Shown here: positions 45,313 to 56,548 of the stretch, piece after piece
Position numbering within the stretch: position 1 is the stretch's first letter
Layout of the letters: each line of letters opens with the position of its first letter
From: Amphiscolops sp. MND2022
Taxonomy: Eukaryota
DNA: 64,000 nt
NCBI GenBank assembly: GCA_964187785.1
Contig: OZ076409.1
Location: forward strand, 16,494,001-16,558,000
Direction: 5' to 3'
Notes under the pieces: model-generated
What the model was told of the DNA's origin: nothing
Seen by the model: the letters and a program-made list of their open reading frames with translations, nothing else
Databases searched by the model: none
Translations under genes and position numbers: made by a program

Positions 45313-48300
45313 CGACGCCCAACATTGTTAGTTTCAACTGTAGGGGTCTTGGCAATCCCTTGAAACTCACAAGCCTAATTGCAAATACTGACATCAACAA
45401 CGACGTCATTGCAATTCAAGAAACTAAAATGAAAAAACTAAAGAAAAAACATTTGAAAATACTCGAGTCCTACGACCTGAATTACGTAATCAGCCCATGC
45501 GACAAATCAAAAGCGGGCGGCCTGCTGCTTTTGTTCAAAGCAAAACATAACGTAGAGTTGGTTACCCAAAACAAGTCTTTTCAAATTATAAAGATGTCAA
45601 ACCAAGCCACTGAAACAAAGATGGCCAATGTTTACATATGCCCCAGTTGGAGTATAAGCAAAATCAATGAAGAACTTGAAGACCTGAAACTCAACTTGGA
45701 ATCAAAGCATCTCAGGCATATTGAACCATGTGTAATAGTTGGTGACTTGAATTGTTTCGATGACGTCACAAGAAACAAACATCCTCAATATGCAAAACAC
45801 AAAGTCATACTGAAAGCGTTTGAAAAAATGGGCTTGATGGACATGGCAGTGAAGCTTGAGAATATCGAGAACACACACTTCGCGCCAGCCCAAAAACCAT
45901 CGCGCCTGGATTATATCTTCTCAAATATTGTGAGTCAGAAACAAGAAATCAGAACGATCAAGACATGCTTCTCAGATCACCGAATTTTGCGCCTGTCAAG
46001 CAAGCATAAGGCCGAGCAAGGTCAAAAGATCTTTAGAATGGATGACACAACTGTTGATGAAAACGTCAAAACCCTGAAAACGCTGATTTCACAAACAAAT
46101 GGCTTGACCGGTGAACAGCTAGCGAATGATGCGTATCTCACAATGAAAAATGAAATTTCCAACTTTCTAAGACAGGCTAGCATATGGAGAGCAAGAAATA
46201 ACAAAGACAGACTGCTCAAGGGGCCCGACGCAGAAGCTGAGCAGAATCTTGCAAAAAGAATGCTAGCAGCAGTGAAGGTCAAATGCACTGACCTGAATGA
46301 AGGAAACTTGAAGATTGTTAAAAAGTACTGCTCTGACAATGCAAACAACCAAAGCAACGCGATCAAGAAGCTGAAAACACAGAAAGATCGAATTGTCTCA
46401 AGTGAGAATGAGATCATAGATGAAGTTACAAAGTACTACAGTAAGCTCTACGCCAACGAACCAATTGATGAGAAGAAACAGGAGTGCCTCATCACAAACT
46501 TCAAAAAACAGATCTCTGAAGATGAAAGAGAACGTCTAACTCAGCAAATCACCCTAGACGAAATCAAAAATGCGATTGACAATCTGAACAAAGAAAGCGC
46601 GCCAGGCCCAGATGGACTCACCCCAAAACTGTTTCAAACGTTCAAGGAAGAATTCAGTCTTATGTTTCAAAAGATGTTTGAACATGCTGCAGACGGTAAC
46701 AACTTACCATTGGCATTCAACCAAGCCTTCATTAGACTACTTCCGAAAAGTGGTGATCTGACAACATTGAAGAACTGGAGACCAATAAGCCTGATCAACA
46801 CTGACAGCAAGATTTTTTCAGCAGTAATTGCAAACAGAATGAAAAGTAGCCTCCGCGAAATCATCCACCCAGATCAATGCGCATATTTGAAAGGCAGACA
46901 AATGTCAAACGCCACACTGCTACTAAAATCTCTGTGCACAAACAAAAGAATGAAAAAAACTTTGACACTAGCTGGACTCGACTTCAGCAAAGCCTTCGAC
47001 AGGGTAGATCGTTCGTACTTGCTGAAACTTATAAAACATGTGGGATTCCCTCCCAACATATACAACATGATAGAGCAACTGTACAAAGATACACGATCTA
47101 ACGTTCTAGTCAACTCCTTCATCACAAGACGAATACAGCAAGAAAGAGGAGTGAAACAAGGCTGCCCAGTCTCAGCTCTTTTGTTCATCCTAGCTATTGA
47201 GCCATTGCTTGAACTACTGAGATCGTCATCGAGCCTGACTGGAATCGCAAAAGGAAAATTGAAGAAAAAAATCATTGCATATGCTGATGACGTCACAATG
47301 TTAGTTGAGAATGAAGAACAACTGAAGCAAGCAATTCAAACGGTTGAAGACTTTGGCAAAAGCACCCAATTCGCCTTGAACGCTGACAAAACGGAACAGT
47401 TTGACCTGAATCGAAAAATGAAGATCAAAAGATCAAACTCCTCGGTTTGTATTTGTTCAGCAACCAAAAAAGTGAAAAGCAGCACTACCAGCAACAACTG
47501 ATCCAAGAAAGCGAAAGAGCAAAGAAAGTGTGTAGACCATCAATGTCGATGAAAACGAAAAGTTGCGTCATGAAAGCCTTCGTAATGCCAAAAATAGTGT
47601 TCCATGCGAAAGCCTCAAACTGTGATCGAGCAACTTGGAAAAAAGTTCAACGAAACCTAAAACAAGGACTTCACAACAATAGGAGCAATCAGATTTCAGA
47701 ACGCCTTCTTTTTCAAAGCACCAATGAAGGCGGTGTTGGCTTCCCATGCGTGAAGACCTATGCAAGCACTTCTTTTCTGATGGATGTGTGGAGAGCAGTT
47801 TTCCACAATGACGATCACTTTATTGCACTCGAAATCAAAGAAGCAGTAGAGGACGAGAAAAGTTACGTTCACAGCAAACTGAAACAAATGAAAACGATAA
47901 CGAAAGCGCGAGCGATAACTTTCAAGCGAGAACACATAGAGTTTGTGACAAGTGAAGGACTAACAAAAATCCCTGCTACTTCAAAAGCAATATACGCCTT
48001 TGCAATCCGCCGACAGCATGCAGACTTCGTAGATGAAAGAATCATGAAAGCGGGCTCAAAACTTCAAACATCACCCCAACAACTTCTGTACACACTCAAA
48101 GCAATTTGGAGAAGCAACAAACTGAACCCTGTTCAACGAGACGTCTTCTATAATTTCAGTTTCAATCTTTACCGAGACAAAGTATTCCTCCATGCAGCTG
48201 GCTACAAGTCTGATGATGACTGTTTCCTTTGCGGAGCAAGTAAACAAACACATGAGCATCTGATCCTAGATTGTCAAAAAACAAAGCAGATTGCTGAAAC

Positions 48301-48475
48301 CCTTGGAATTCGCAGCATGAAAGATCTGTACCAGCAGGCAGAACAAGACACATGGAAAAAAGTGAGATACGTAACAACTCTGCTCATATGTTCATGGACC
48401 GACAACAAGCAAGAAGTGGAACAAATGATTCACAACTTTCCCATCACTACCAAGCAAGTTGGCACAGTGGCTTAG
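45309..48475 (+). pseudogene. Family C ORF2 (copy 2) with a 1-nt deletion frameshift near 47414-47418
   Basis: C1 CGAAGAAATGTAGAT versus C2 CGAAAAATGAAGAT; the remainder continues in ORF 47447-48475; could be a homopolymer error. Confidence 0.85.
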
Positions 48476-48764
48476 CCAAAGACCATGAGTCAAACAAACG
48501 AGGTTCGAACCTCTGACGGAACCAAGACACAAACATGAAAAAAACTCTTTTACCTTATTGTTTGAAAGGTAAGTATTCCAACCCTATTGATAAGTTTTAT
48601 TTGAAAGCAGACTGCGAAAGTGGTCTGCTGCCCAATTTTTTGAACAAGGAACAAGCTAGTCTGCACTAACTTAAAAGTTACGCGTATTTTGACCGAGAAA
48701 ATTTTCGTATCATTGTACGTAATTTTGTTGTTAAGCATATAAAGCTATTGATTTTACAATGATC

Positions 48765-48883
48765 GGCTACGACCATACCATGTTGAATGCACCGGTTCTC
48801 GTCCGATCACCGAAGTTAAACAACATAGGGCCTGGTTAGTACTTGGATGGGAGACCGCTTGGGAACACCAGGTGTTGTAGCCT
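48765..48883 (+). rRNA. 5S rRNA
   Basis: Copy of 625-743. Confidence 0.98.
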
Positions 48884-49441
48884 TTTTTGTCAGAAATGTG
48901 GTTTAACTTCGGTGACAGTTTTGCAAAAGGGGTCAAATTGAAAAGATAGCAAAAAACGGACAACGCCATTAGAAAGAGCGTCCAAAAAAACCCCCATGCT
49001 GAAATTTTCGCCGCCATCACTTGAATTTTCATTGAGTTATGTCATTTTTACTATTTTCACAAAATGTGGTTTAACTTCGGTGACAGTTTTGCAAAAGGGG
49101 TCAAAATGAACAGATAGCAAAAAACGGACAACGGCATTGGAAAGAAGGCCCAAAATTACCCCTAAAACGTGTTTTTCACACTCCTGAGTCGACTTTTGAT
49201 AATACATGGAATTTCATTTTTAAGCTTACTAATTTATGCTTTTCAGCATACATTTTCGTAATAGAGTCAAAATTTTGCTTTCTCACAATTTTTCTGGAAT
49301 ATTTTTGTTTCATCAGATGTCAATAACTTGAAACGTCGTCTTTTCATGAGAATTTCTCCTCAAAACAAGTTGTTGGCTGGTAATGGTAAGTCCGTACCGC
49401 AGATAGGACTCTCGCGCTCCAAAAATTGACTCTTTGCTTTT

Positions 49442-49550
49442 AGCCTAATTGTTGTGATAAACCTATTAAATAGGTAAGTATTCCAACCCTATTGATAAGT
49501 TTTATTTGAAAGCAGACTGCGAAAGTGGTCTGCTGCCCAATTTTTTGAAC
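49442..49550 (+). ncRNA. Putative SL RNA gene (exon T>C at 49463)
   Basis: Copy of 398-505. Confidence 0.82.
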
Positions 49551-49669
49551 AAGGAACAAGCTAGTCTGCACTAACTTAAAAGTTACGCGTATTTTGACCG
49601 AGAAAATTTTCGTATCATTGTACGTAATTTTGTTGTTAAGCATATAAAGCTATTGATTTTACAATGATC

Positions 49670-49788
49670 GGCTACGACCATACCATGTTGAATGCACCGG
49701 TTCTCGTCCGATCACCGAAGTTAAACAACATAGGGCCTGGTTAGTACTTGGATGGGAGACCGCTTGGGAACACCAGGTGTTGTAGCCT
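49670..49788 (+). rRNA. 5S rRNA
   Basis: Copy of 625-743. Confidence 0.98.
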
Positions 49789-50346
49789 TTTTTGTCAGAA
49801 ATGTGGTTTAACTTCGGTGACAGTTTTGCAAAAGGGGTCAAATTGAAAAGATAGCAAAAAACGGACAACGCCATTAGAAAGAGCGTCCAAAAAAACCCCC
49901 ATGCTGAAATTTTCGCCGCCATCACTTGAATTTTCATTGAGTTATGTCATTTTTACTATTTTCACAAAATGTGGTTTAACTTCGGTGACAGTTTTGCAAA
50001 AGGGGTCAAAATGAACAGATAGCAAAAAACGGACAACGGCATTGGAAAGAGGGCCCAAAATTACCCCTAAAACGTGTTTTTCACACTCCTGAGTCGACTT
50101 TTGATAATACATGGAATTTCATTTTTAAGCTTACTAATTTATGCTTTTCAGCATACATTTTCGTAATAGAGTCAAAATTTTGCTTTCTCACAATTTTTCT
50201 GGAATATTTTTGTTTCATCAGATGTCAATAACTTGAAACGTCGTCTTTTCATGAGAATTTCTCCTCAAAACAAGTTGTTGGCTGGTAATGGTAAGTCCGT
50301 ACCGCAGATAGGAGTCTCGCGCTCCAAAAATTGACTCTTTGCTTTT

Positions 50347-50569
50347 AGCCTAATTGTTGTGATAAACTTATTAAATAGGTAAGTATTTCTTGCCTGTTTG
50401 AGGTGTTAATCACACATACTTATCAATAGGGCCCAAAAGCCAGTAACCAAAAACCAGTAACCAATAACCAACCTGTACTTACTGTTTGAAAGGTAAGTAT
50501 TCCAACCCTATTGATAAGTTTTATTTGAAAGCAGACTGCGAAAGTGGTCTGCTGCCCAATTTTTTGAAC
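50347..50569 (+). pseudogene. SL RNA gene interrupted by mini-element
   Basis: Split by 50388-50490. Confidence 0.75.
50388..50490 (+). mobile_element. Non-coding SL-targeted mini-element, copy 4 (5'-shortened), site 2
   Basis: 103 bp; TSD AGGTAAGTATT 50377-50387/50491-50501 with TATT microhomology at the 5' junction; body matches copy 2. Confidence 0.88.
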
Positions 50570-50688
50570 AAGGAACAAGCTAGTCTGCACTAACTTAAAA
50601 GTTACGCGTATTTTGACCGAGAAAATTTTCGTATCATTGTACGTAATTTTGTTGTTAAGCATATAAAGCTATTGATTTTACAATGATC

Positions 50689-50807
50689 GGCTACGACCAT
50701 ACCATGTTGAATGCACCGGTTCTCGTCCGATCACCGAAGTTAAACAACATAGGGCCTGGTTAGTACTTGGATGGGAGACCGCTTGGGAACACCAGGTGTT
50801 GTAGCCT
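50689..50807 (+). rRNA. 5S rRNA
   Basis: Copy of 625-743. Confidence 0.98.
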
Positions 50808-51365
50808 TTTTTGTCAGAAATGTGGTTTAACTTCGGTGACAGTTTTGCAAAAGGGGTCAAATTGAAAAGATAGCAAAAAACGGACAACGCCATTAGAAAG
50901 AGCGTCCAAAAAAACCCCCATGCTGAAATTTTCGCCGCCATCACTTGAATTTTCATTGAGTTATGTCATTTTTACTATTTTCACAAAATGTGGTTTAACT
51001 TCGGTGACAGTTTTGCAAAAGGGGTCAAAATGAACAGATAGCAAAAAACGGACAACGGCATTGGAAAGAGGGCCCAAAATTACCCCTAAAACGTGTTTTT
51101 CACACTCCTGAGTCGACTTTTGATAATACATGGAATTTCATTTTTAAGCTTACTAATTTATGCTTTTCAGCATACATTTTCGTAATAGAGTCAAAATTTT
51201 GCTTTCTCACAATTTTTCTGGAATATTTTTGTTTCATCAGATGTCAATAACTTGAAACGTCGTCTTTTCATGAGAATTTCTCCTCAAAACAAGTTGTTGG
51301 CTGGTAATGGTAAGTCCGTACCGCAGATAGGAGTCTCGCGCTCCAAAAATTGACTCTTTGCTTTT

Positions 51366-51474
51366 AGCCTAATTGTTGTGATAAACTTATTAAATAGGTA
51401 AGTATTCCAACCCTATTGATAAGTTTTATTTGAAAGCAGACTGCGAAAGTGGTCTGCTGCCCAATTTTTTGAAC
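51366..51474 (+). ncRNA. Putative SL RNA gene
   Basis: Copy of 398-505. Confidence 0.85.
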
Positions 51475-51593
51475 AAGGAACAAGCTAGTCTGCACTAACT
51501 TAAAAGTTACGCGTATTTTGACCGAGAAAATTTTCGTATCATTGTACGTAATTTTGTTGTTAAGCATATAAAGCTATTGATTTTACAATGATC

Positions 51594-51712
51594 GGCTACG
51601 ACCATACCATGTTGAATGCACCGGTTCTCGTCCGATCACCGAAGTTAAACAACATAGGGCCTGGTTAGTACTTGGATGGGAGACCGCTTGGGAACACCAG
51701 GTGTTGTAGCCT
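51594..51712 (+). rRNA. 5S rRNA
   Basis: Copy of 625-743. Confidence 0.98.
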
Positions 51713-52270
51713 TTTTTGTCAGAAATGTGGTTTAACTTCGGTGACAGTTTTGCAAAAGGGGTCAAATTGAAAAGATAGCAAAAAACGGACAACGCCATTA
51801 GAAAGAGCGTCCAAAAAAACCCCCATGCTGAAATTTTCGCCGCCATCACTTGAATTTTCATTGAGTTATGTCATTTTTACTATTTTCACAAAATGTGGTT
51901 TAACTTCGGTGACAGTTTTGCAAAAGGGGTCAAAATGAACAGATAGCAAAAAACGGACAACGGCATTGGAAAGAGGGCCCAAAATTACCCCTAAAACGTG
52001 TTTTTCACACTCCTGAGTCGACTTTTGATAATACATGGAATTTCATTTTTAAGCTTACTAATTTATGCTTTTCAGCATACATTTTCGTAATAGAGTCAAA
52101 ATTTTGCTTTCTCACAATTTTTCTGGAATATTTTTGTTTCATCAGATGTCAATAACTTGAAACGTCGTCTTTTCATGAGAATTTCTCCTCAAAACAAGTT
52201 GTTGGCTGGTAATGGTAAGTCCGTACCGCAGATAGGAGTCTCGCGCTCCAAAAATTGACTCTTTGCTTTT

Positions 52271-52379
52271 AGCCTAATTGTTGTGATAAACTTATTAAAT
52301 AGGTAAGTATTCCAACCCTATTGATAAGTTTTATTTGAAAGCAGACTGCGAAAGTGGTCTGCTGCCCAATTTTTTGAAC
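52271..52379 (+). ncRNA. Putative SL RNA gene
   Basis: Copy of 398-505. Confidence 0.85.
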
Positions 52380-52498
52380 AAGGAACAAGCTAGTCTGCAC
52401 TAACTTAAAAGTTACGCGTATTTTGACCGAGAAAATTTTCGTATCATTGTACGTAATTTTGTTGTTAAGCATATAAAGCTATTGATTTTACAATGATC

Positions 52499-52617
52499 GG
52501 CTACGACCATACCATGTTGAATGCACCGGTTCTCGTCCGATCACCGAAGTTAAACAACATAGGGCCTGGTTAGTACTTGGATGGGAGACCGCTTGGGAAC
52601 ACCAGGTGTTGTAGCCT
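52499..52617 (+). rRNA. 5S rRNA
   Basis: Copy of 625-743. Confidence 0.98.
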
Positions 52618-53175
52618 TTTTTGTCAGAAATGTGGTTTAACTTCGGTGACAGTTTTGCAAAAGGGGTCAAATTGAAAAGATAGCAGAAAACGGACAACGC
52701 CATTAGAAAGAGCGTCCAAAAAAACCCCCATGCTGAAATTTTCGCCGCCATCACTTGAATTTTCATTGAGTTATGTCATTTTTACTATTTTCACAAAATG
52801 TGGTTTAACTTCGGTGACAGTTTTGCAAAAGGGGTCAAAATGAACAGATAGCAAAAAACGGACAACGGCATTGGAAAGAGGGCCCAAAATTACCCCTAAA
52901 ACGTGTTTTTCACACTCCTGAGTCGACTTTTGATAATACATGGAATTTCATTTTTAAGCTTACTAATTTATGCTTTTCAGCATACATTTTCGTAATAGAG
53001 TCAAAATTTTGCTTTCTCACAATTTTTCTGGAATATTTTTGTTTCATCAGATGTCAATAACTTGAAACGTCGTCTTTTCATGAGAATTTCTCCTCAAAAC
53101 AAGTTGTTGGCTGGTAATGGTAAGTCCGTACCGCAGATAGGAGTCTCGCGCTCCAAAAATTGACTCTTTGCTTTT

Positions 53176-53284
53176 AGCCTAATTGTTGTGATAAACTTAT
53201 TAAATAGGTAAGTATTCCAACCCTATTGATAAGTTTTATTTGAAAGCAGACTGCGAAAGTGGTCTGCTGCCCAATTTTTTGAAC
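53176..53284 (+). ncRNA. Putative SL RNA gene
   Basis: Copy of 398-505. Confidence 0.85.
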
Positions 53285-53403
53285 AAGGAACAAGCTAGTC
53301 TGCACTAACTTAAAAGTTACGCGTATTTTGACCGAGAAAATTTTCGTATCATTGTACGTAATTTTGTTGTTAAGCATATAAAGCTATTGATTTTACAATG
53401 ATC

Positions 53404-53522
53404 GGCTTCGACCATACCATGTTGAATGCACCGGTTCTCGTCCGATCACCGAAGTTAAACAACATAGGGCCTGGTTAGTACTTGGATGGGAGACCGCTTG
53501 GGAACACCAGGTGTTGTAGCCT
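53404..53522 (+). rRNA. 5S rRNA (A>T at 53408)
   Basis: Copy of 625-743. Confidence 0.97.
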
Positions 53523-54080
53523 TTTTTGTCAGAAATGTAGTTTAACTTCGGTGACAGTTTTGCAAAAGGGGTCAAATTGAAAAGATAGCAAAAAACGGAC
53601 AACGCCATTAGAAAGAGCGTCCAAAAAAACCCCCATGCTGAAATTTTCGCCGCCATCACTTGAATTTTCATTGAGTTATGTCATTTTTACTATTTTCACA
53701 AAATGTGGTTTAACTTCGGTGACAGTTTTGCAAAAGGGGTCAAAATGAACAGATAGCAAAAAACGGACAACGGCATTGGAAAGAGGGCCCAAAATTACCC
53801 CTAAAACGTGTTTTTCACACTCCTGAGTCGACTTTTGATAATACATGGAATTTCATTTTTAAGCTTACTAATTTATGCTTTTCAGCATACATTTTCGTAA
53901 TAGAGTCAAAATTTTGCTTTCTCACAATTTTTCTGGAATATTTTTGTTTCATCAGATGTCAATAACTTGAAACGTCGTCTTTTCATGAGAATTTCTCCTC
54001 AAAACAAGTTGTTGGCTGGTAATGGTAAGTCCGTACCGCAGATAGGAGTCTCGCGCTCCAAAAATTGACTCTTTGCTTTT

Positions 54081-54189
54081 AGCCTAATTGTTGTGATAAA
54101 CTTATTAAATAGGTAAGTATTCCAACCCTATTGATAAGTTTTATTTGAAAGGAGACTGCGAAAGTGGTCTGCTGCCCAATTTTTTGAAC
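54081..54189 (+). ncRNA. Putative SL RNA gene
   Basis: Copy of 398-505 (one stem II substitution). Confidence 0.82.
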
Positions 54190-54308
54190 AAGGAACAAGC
54201 TAGTCTGCACTAACTTAAAAGTTACGCGTATTTTGACCGAGAAAATTTTCGTATCATTGTACGTAATTTTGTTGTTAAGCATATAAAGCTATTGATTTTA
54301 CAATGATC

Positions 54309-54427
54309 GGCTTCGACCATACCATGTTGAATGCACCGGTTCTCGTCCGATCACCGAAGTTAAACAACATAGGGCCTGGTTAGTACTTGGATGGGAGACC
54401 GCTTGGGAACACCAGGTGTTGTAGCCT
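54309..54427 (+). rRNA. 5S rRNA (A>T at 54313)
   Basis: Copy of 625-743. Confidence 0.97.
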
Positions 54428-55216
54428 TTTTTGTCAGAAATGTGGTTTAACTTCGGTGACAGTTTTGCAAAAGGGGTCAAATTGAAAAGATAGCAAAAAA
54501 CGGACAACGCCATTAGAAAGAGCGTCCAAAAAAACCCCCATGCTGAAATTTTCGCCGCCATCACTTGAATTTTCATTGAGTTATGTCATTTTTACTATTT
54601 TCACAAAATGTGGTTTAACTTCGGTGACAGTTTTGCAAAAGGGGTCAAAATGAACAGATAGCAAAAAACGGACAACGGCATTGGAAAGAGGGCCCAAAAT
54701 TACCCCTAAAACGTGTTTTTCACACTCCTGAGTCGACTTTTGATAATACATGGAATTTCATTTTTAAGCTTACTAATTTATGCTTTTCAGCATACATTTT
54801 CGTAATAGAGTCAAAATTTTGCTTTCTCACAATTTTTCTGGAATATTTTTGTTTCATCAGATGTCAATAACTTGAAACGTCGTCTTTTCATGAGAATTTC
54901 TCCTCAAAACAAGTTGTTGGCTGGTAATGGTAAGTCCGTACCGCAGATAGGAGTCTCGCGCTCCAAAAATTGACTCTTTGCTTTTAGCCTAATTGTTGTT
55001 CACGCGTCGGTTGGTTAGTTATCTTTGACTTTTGACTTCTGATTGTGAAAAACTTTTTTGACGAGTTTTTAACACATAGTACCGCTAAAACTATAGAAGT
55101 TTAACGAAAAAATTGTTTATTTGGGTTTATACCCCTTTGCACTTTACCCCCTCTGGGTTTATACCCCCCCCTTGGGTTTATACTCCCTTTTGGATAGAGG
55201 ATAGGAAAACGACTTC

Positions 55217-56548
55217 ATGATTCTTGACGACGATGTTGCTTCTGGTAATGTGGACGTAACAAAAATGCCGATGGATGGTCACGACAATACTGAATATATT
55301 CCACCTATTGAAAGCCTCAGCCTTGTTCAATTGTCGGAGCAATCGCAATCTGGGTCTCCGTCACTTACACCACCACCAACATCTTCTCTACAGAACATAC
55401 AATCGGCAATAAACACGCAATTATACAGCGCTGTTGCAGGTGCCAACACTCCACCATCTCGCACGACAGCAATAATTAAAATGAAAATCATTCCACCATT
55501 ACAAAAACAACACTTCACAACCAAGGACAACTTCACTACTGCAACCAATCAATGTTTTTCAGCAATTTTACGTTGCTTTCCACCTACATACAGACAACAG
55601 CTTACTATTTCAAAATCATTTACAATTGTTGGGACCAGACATTTGCATTCAATTAATGTAGTGGCGCCTGTCACAGCCCAGGACATTGTATCAAAATTGC
55701 AAACAACAGGAATATCAATGCTTGGCAAAACTGTATTTCCATCGACAGACAACTTTCTCACTAATTTACCTGGACTCTATCCACGATACACTCAAGTGAG
55801 ACTTCTACATGCACCAGCACAATGCGATGACGAGACCTTAACAGAACTATTACATCTTCCGGCAGATACGACAATCATAGGATTCAAACGTCAGACAGAC
55901 ACGATTGATGGTATGTCCTTTTTCAATGGCAAAATAGCATGCACGATAAAAATCAACAATACAACTCATGAAGAAGAACTACGACAATGGTCGTTGGATC
56001 AACATGAAAATTCCACAATGATTTGGGAGGAGATTCCTATCTTTGCTTTTATTCCCTCACTTCACAATTGCACTTTCTGTAAACAACATAACAAACCTCA
56101 CTTTGGACATGACATTGCCTGGTGCAAACATGCAAAAGCACATCCAACGACTCCACCATCACCTCCTCTACCACAACAGACATCAACTACAACTTCGCAG
56201 ATGCCTCTGCCTCCTCCTTCTTCTTCTGCTACTCCATCTGTTATCGCGCCAACTCCTCCTACTTTGGTTAACAACAACTTGGGTTTAGCTGACGTACCTG
56301 TTACAACGACTGATGATTGGCAACCTGTAACTAAGAAGACTTTCCCTAAACACAGTTTGGTTAGAACGAGGTCTGTTATCAAGGCGAAAAGACCAAAACA
56401 CCCGAGCCCTGTAACTGAAGTTAACCCCAATTTGACAGAACCTACGATGACGGCACCGTTCCTTCCGACTACACCCATTTACAATTCATTTGACAGCAAG
56501 CGGTATTCTAAATCTTCCAGGTCTAAACATGATAGTGTTCAGCCTTAA
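55217..56548 (+). CDS. Family D ORF1
   Basis: 443 aa; KMKIIPP, LGKTVFP, LPGLYP and CTFC-x9-HDIAWC; P/T/S-rich tail. Confidence 0.88.
   Translation: MILDDDVASGNVDVTKMPMDGHDNTEYIPPIESLSLVQLSEQSQSGSPSLTPPPTSSLQNIQSAINTQLYSAVAGANTPPSRTTAIIKMKIIPPLQKQHFTTKDNFTTATNQCFSAILRCFPPTYRQQLTISKSFTIVGTRHLHSINVVAPVTAQDIVSKLQTTGISMLGKTVFPSTDNFLTNLPGLYPRYTQVRLLHAPAQCDDETLTELLHLPADTTIIGFKRQTDTIDGMSFFNGKIACTIKINNTTHEEELRQWSLDQHENSTMIWEEIPIFAFIPSLHNCTFCKQHNKPHFGHDIAWCKHAKAHPTTPPSPPLPQQTSTTTSQMPLPPPSSSATPSVIAPTPPTLVNNNLGLADVPVTTTDDWQPVTKKTFPKHSLVRTRSVIKAKRPKHPSPVTEVNPNLTEPTMTAPFLPTTPIYNSFDSKRYSKSSRSKHDSVQP

Larger units (their letters stand above)
43755..48566 (+). mobile_element. Family C copy 2, slightly 5'-truncated, SL site 2
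   Basis: TSD AGGTAAGTATTC 43743-43754/48567-48578; highly similar to C1; lacks the first ~30-40 nt of C1. Confidence 0.95.

Noticed and set aside
28061..54313. Single-base variants in 5S or its TATA-like box (28061, 28966, 29910, 53408, 54313)
   Set aside because: Ordinary array polymorphism, often in adjacent pairs; no evidence for a distinct 5S class.
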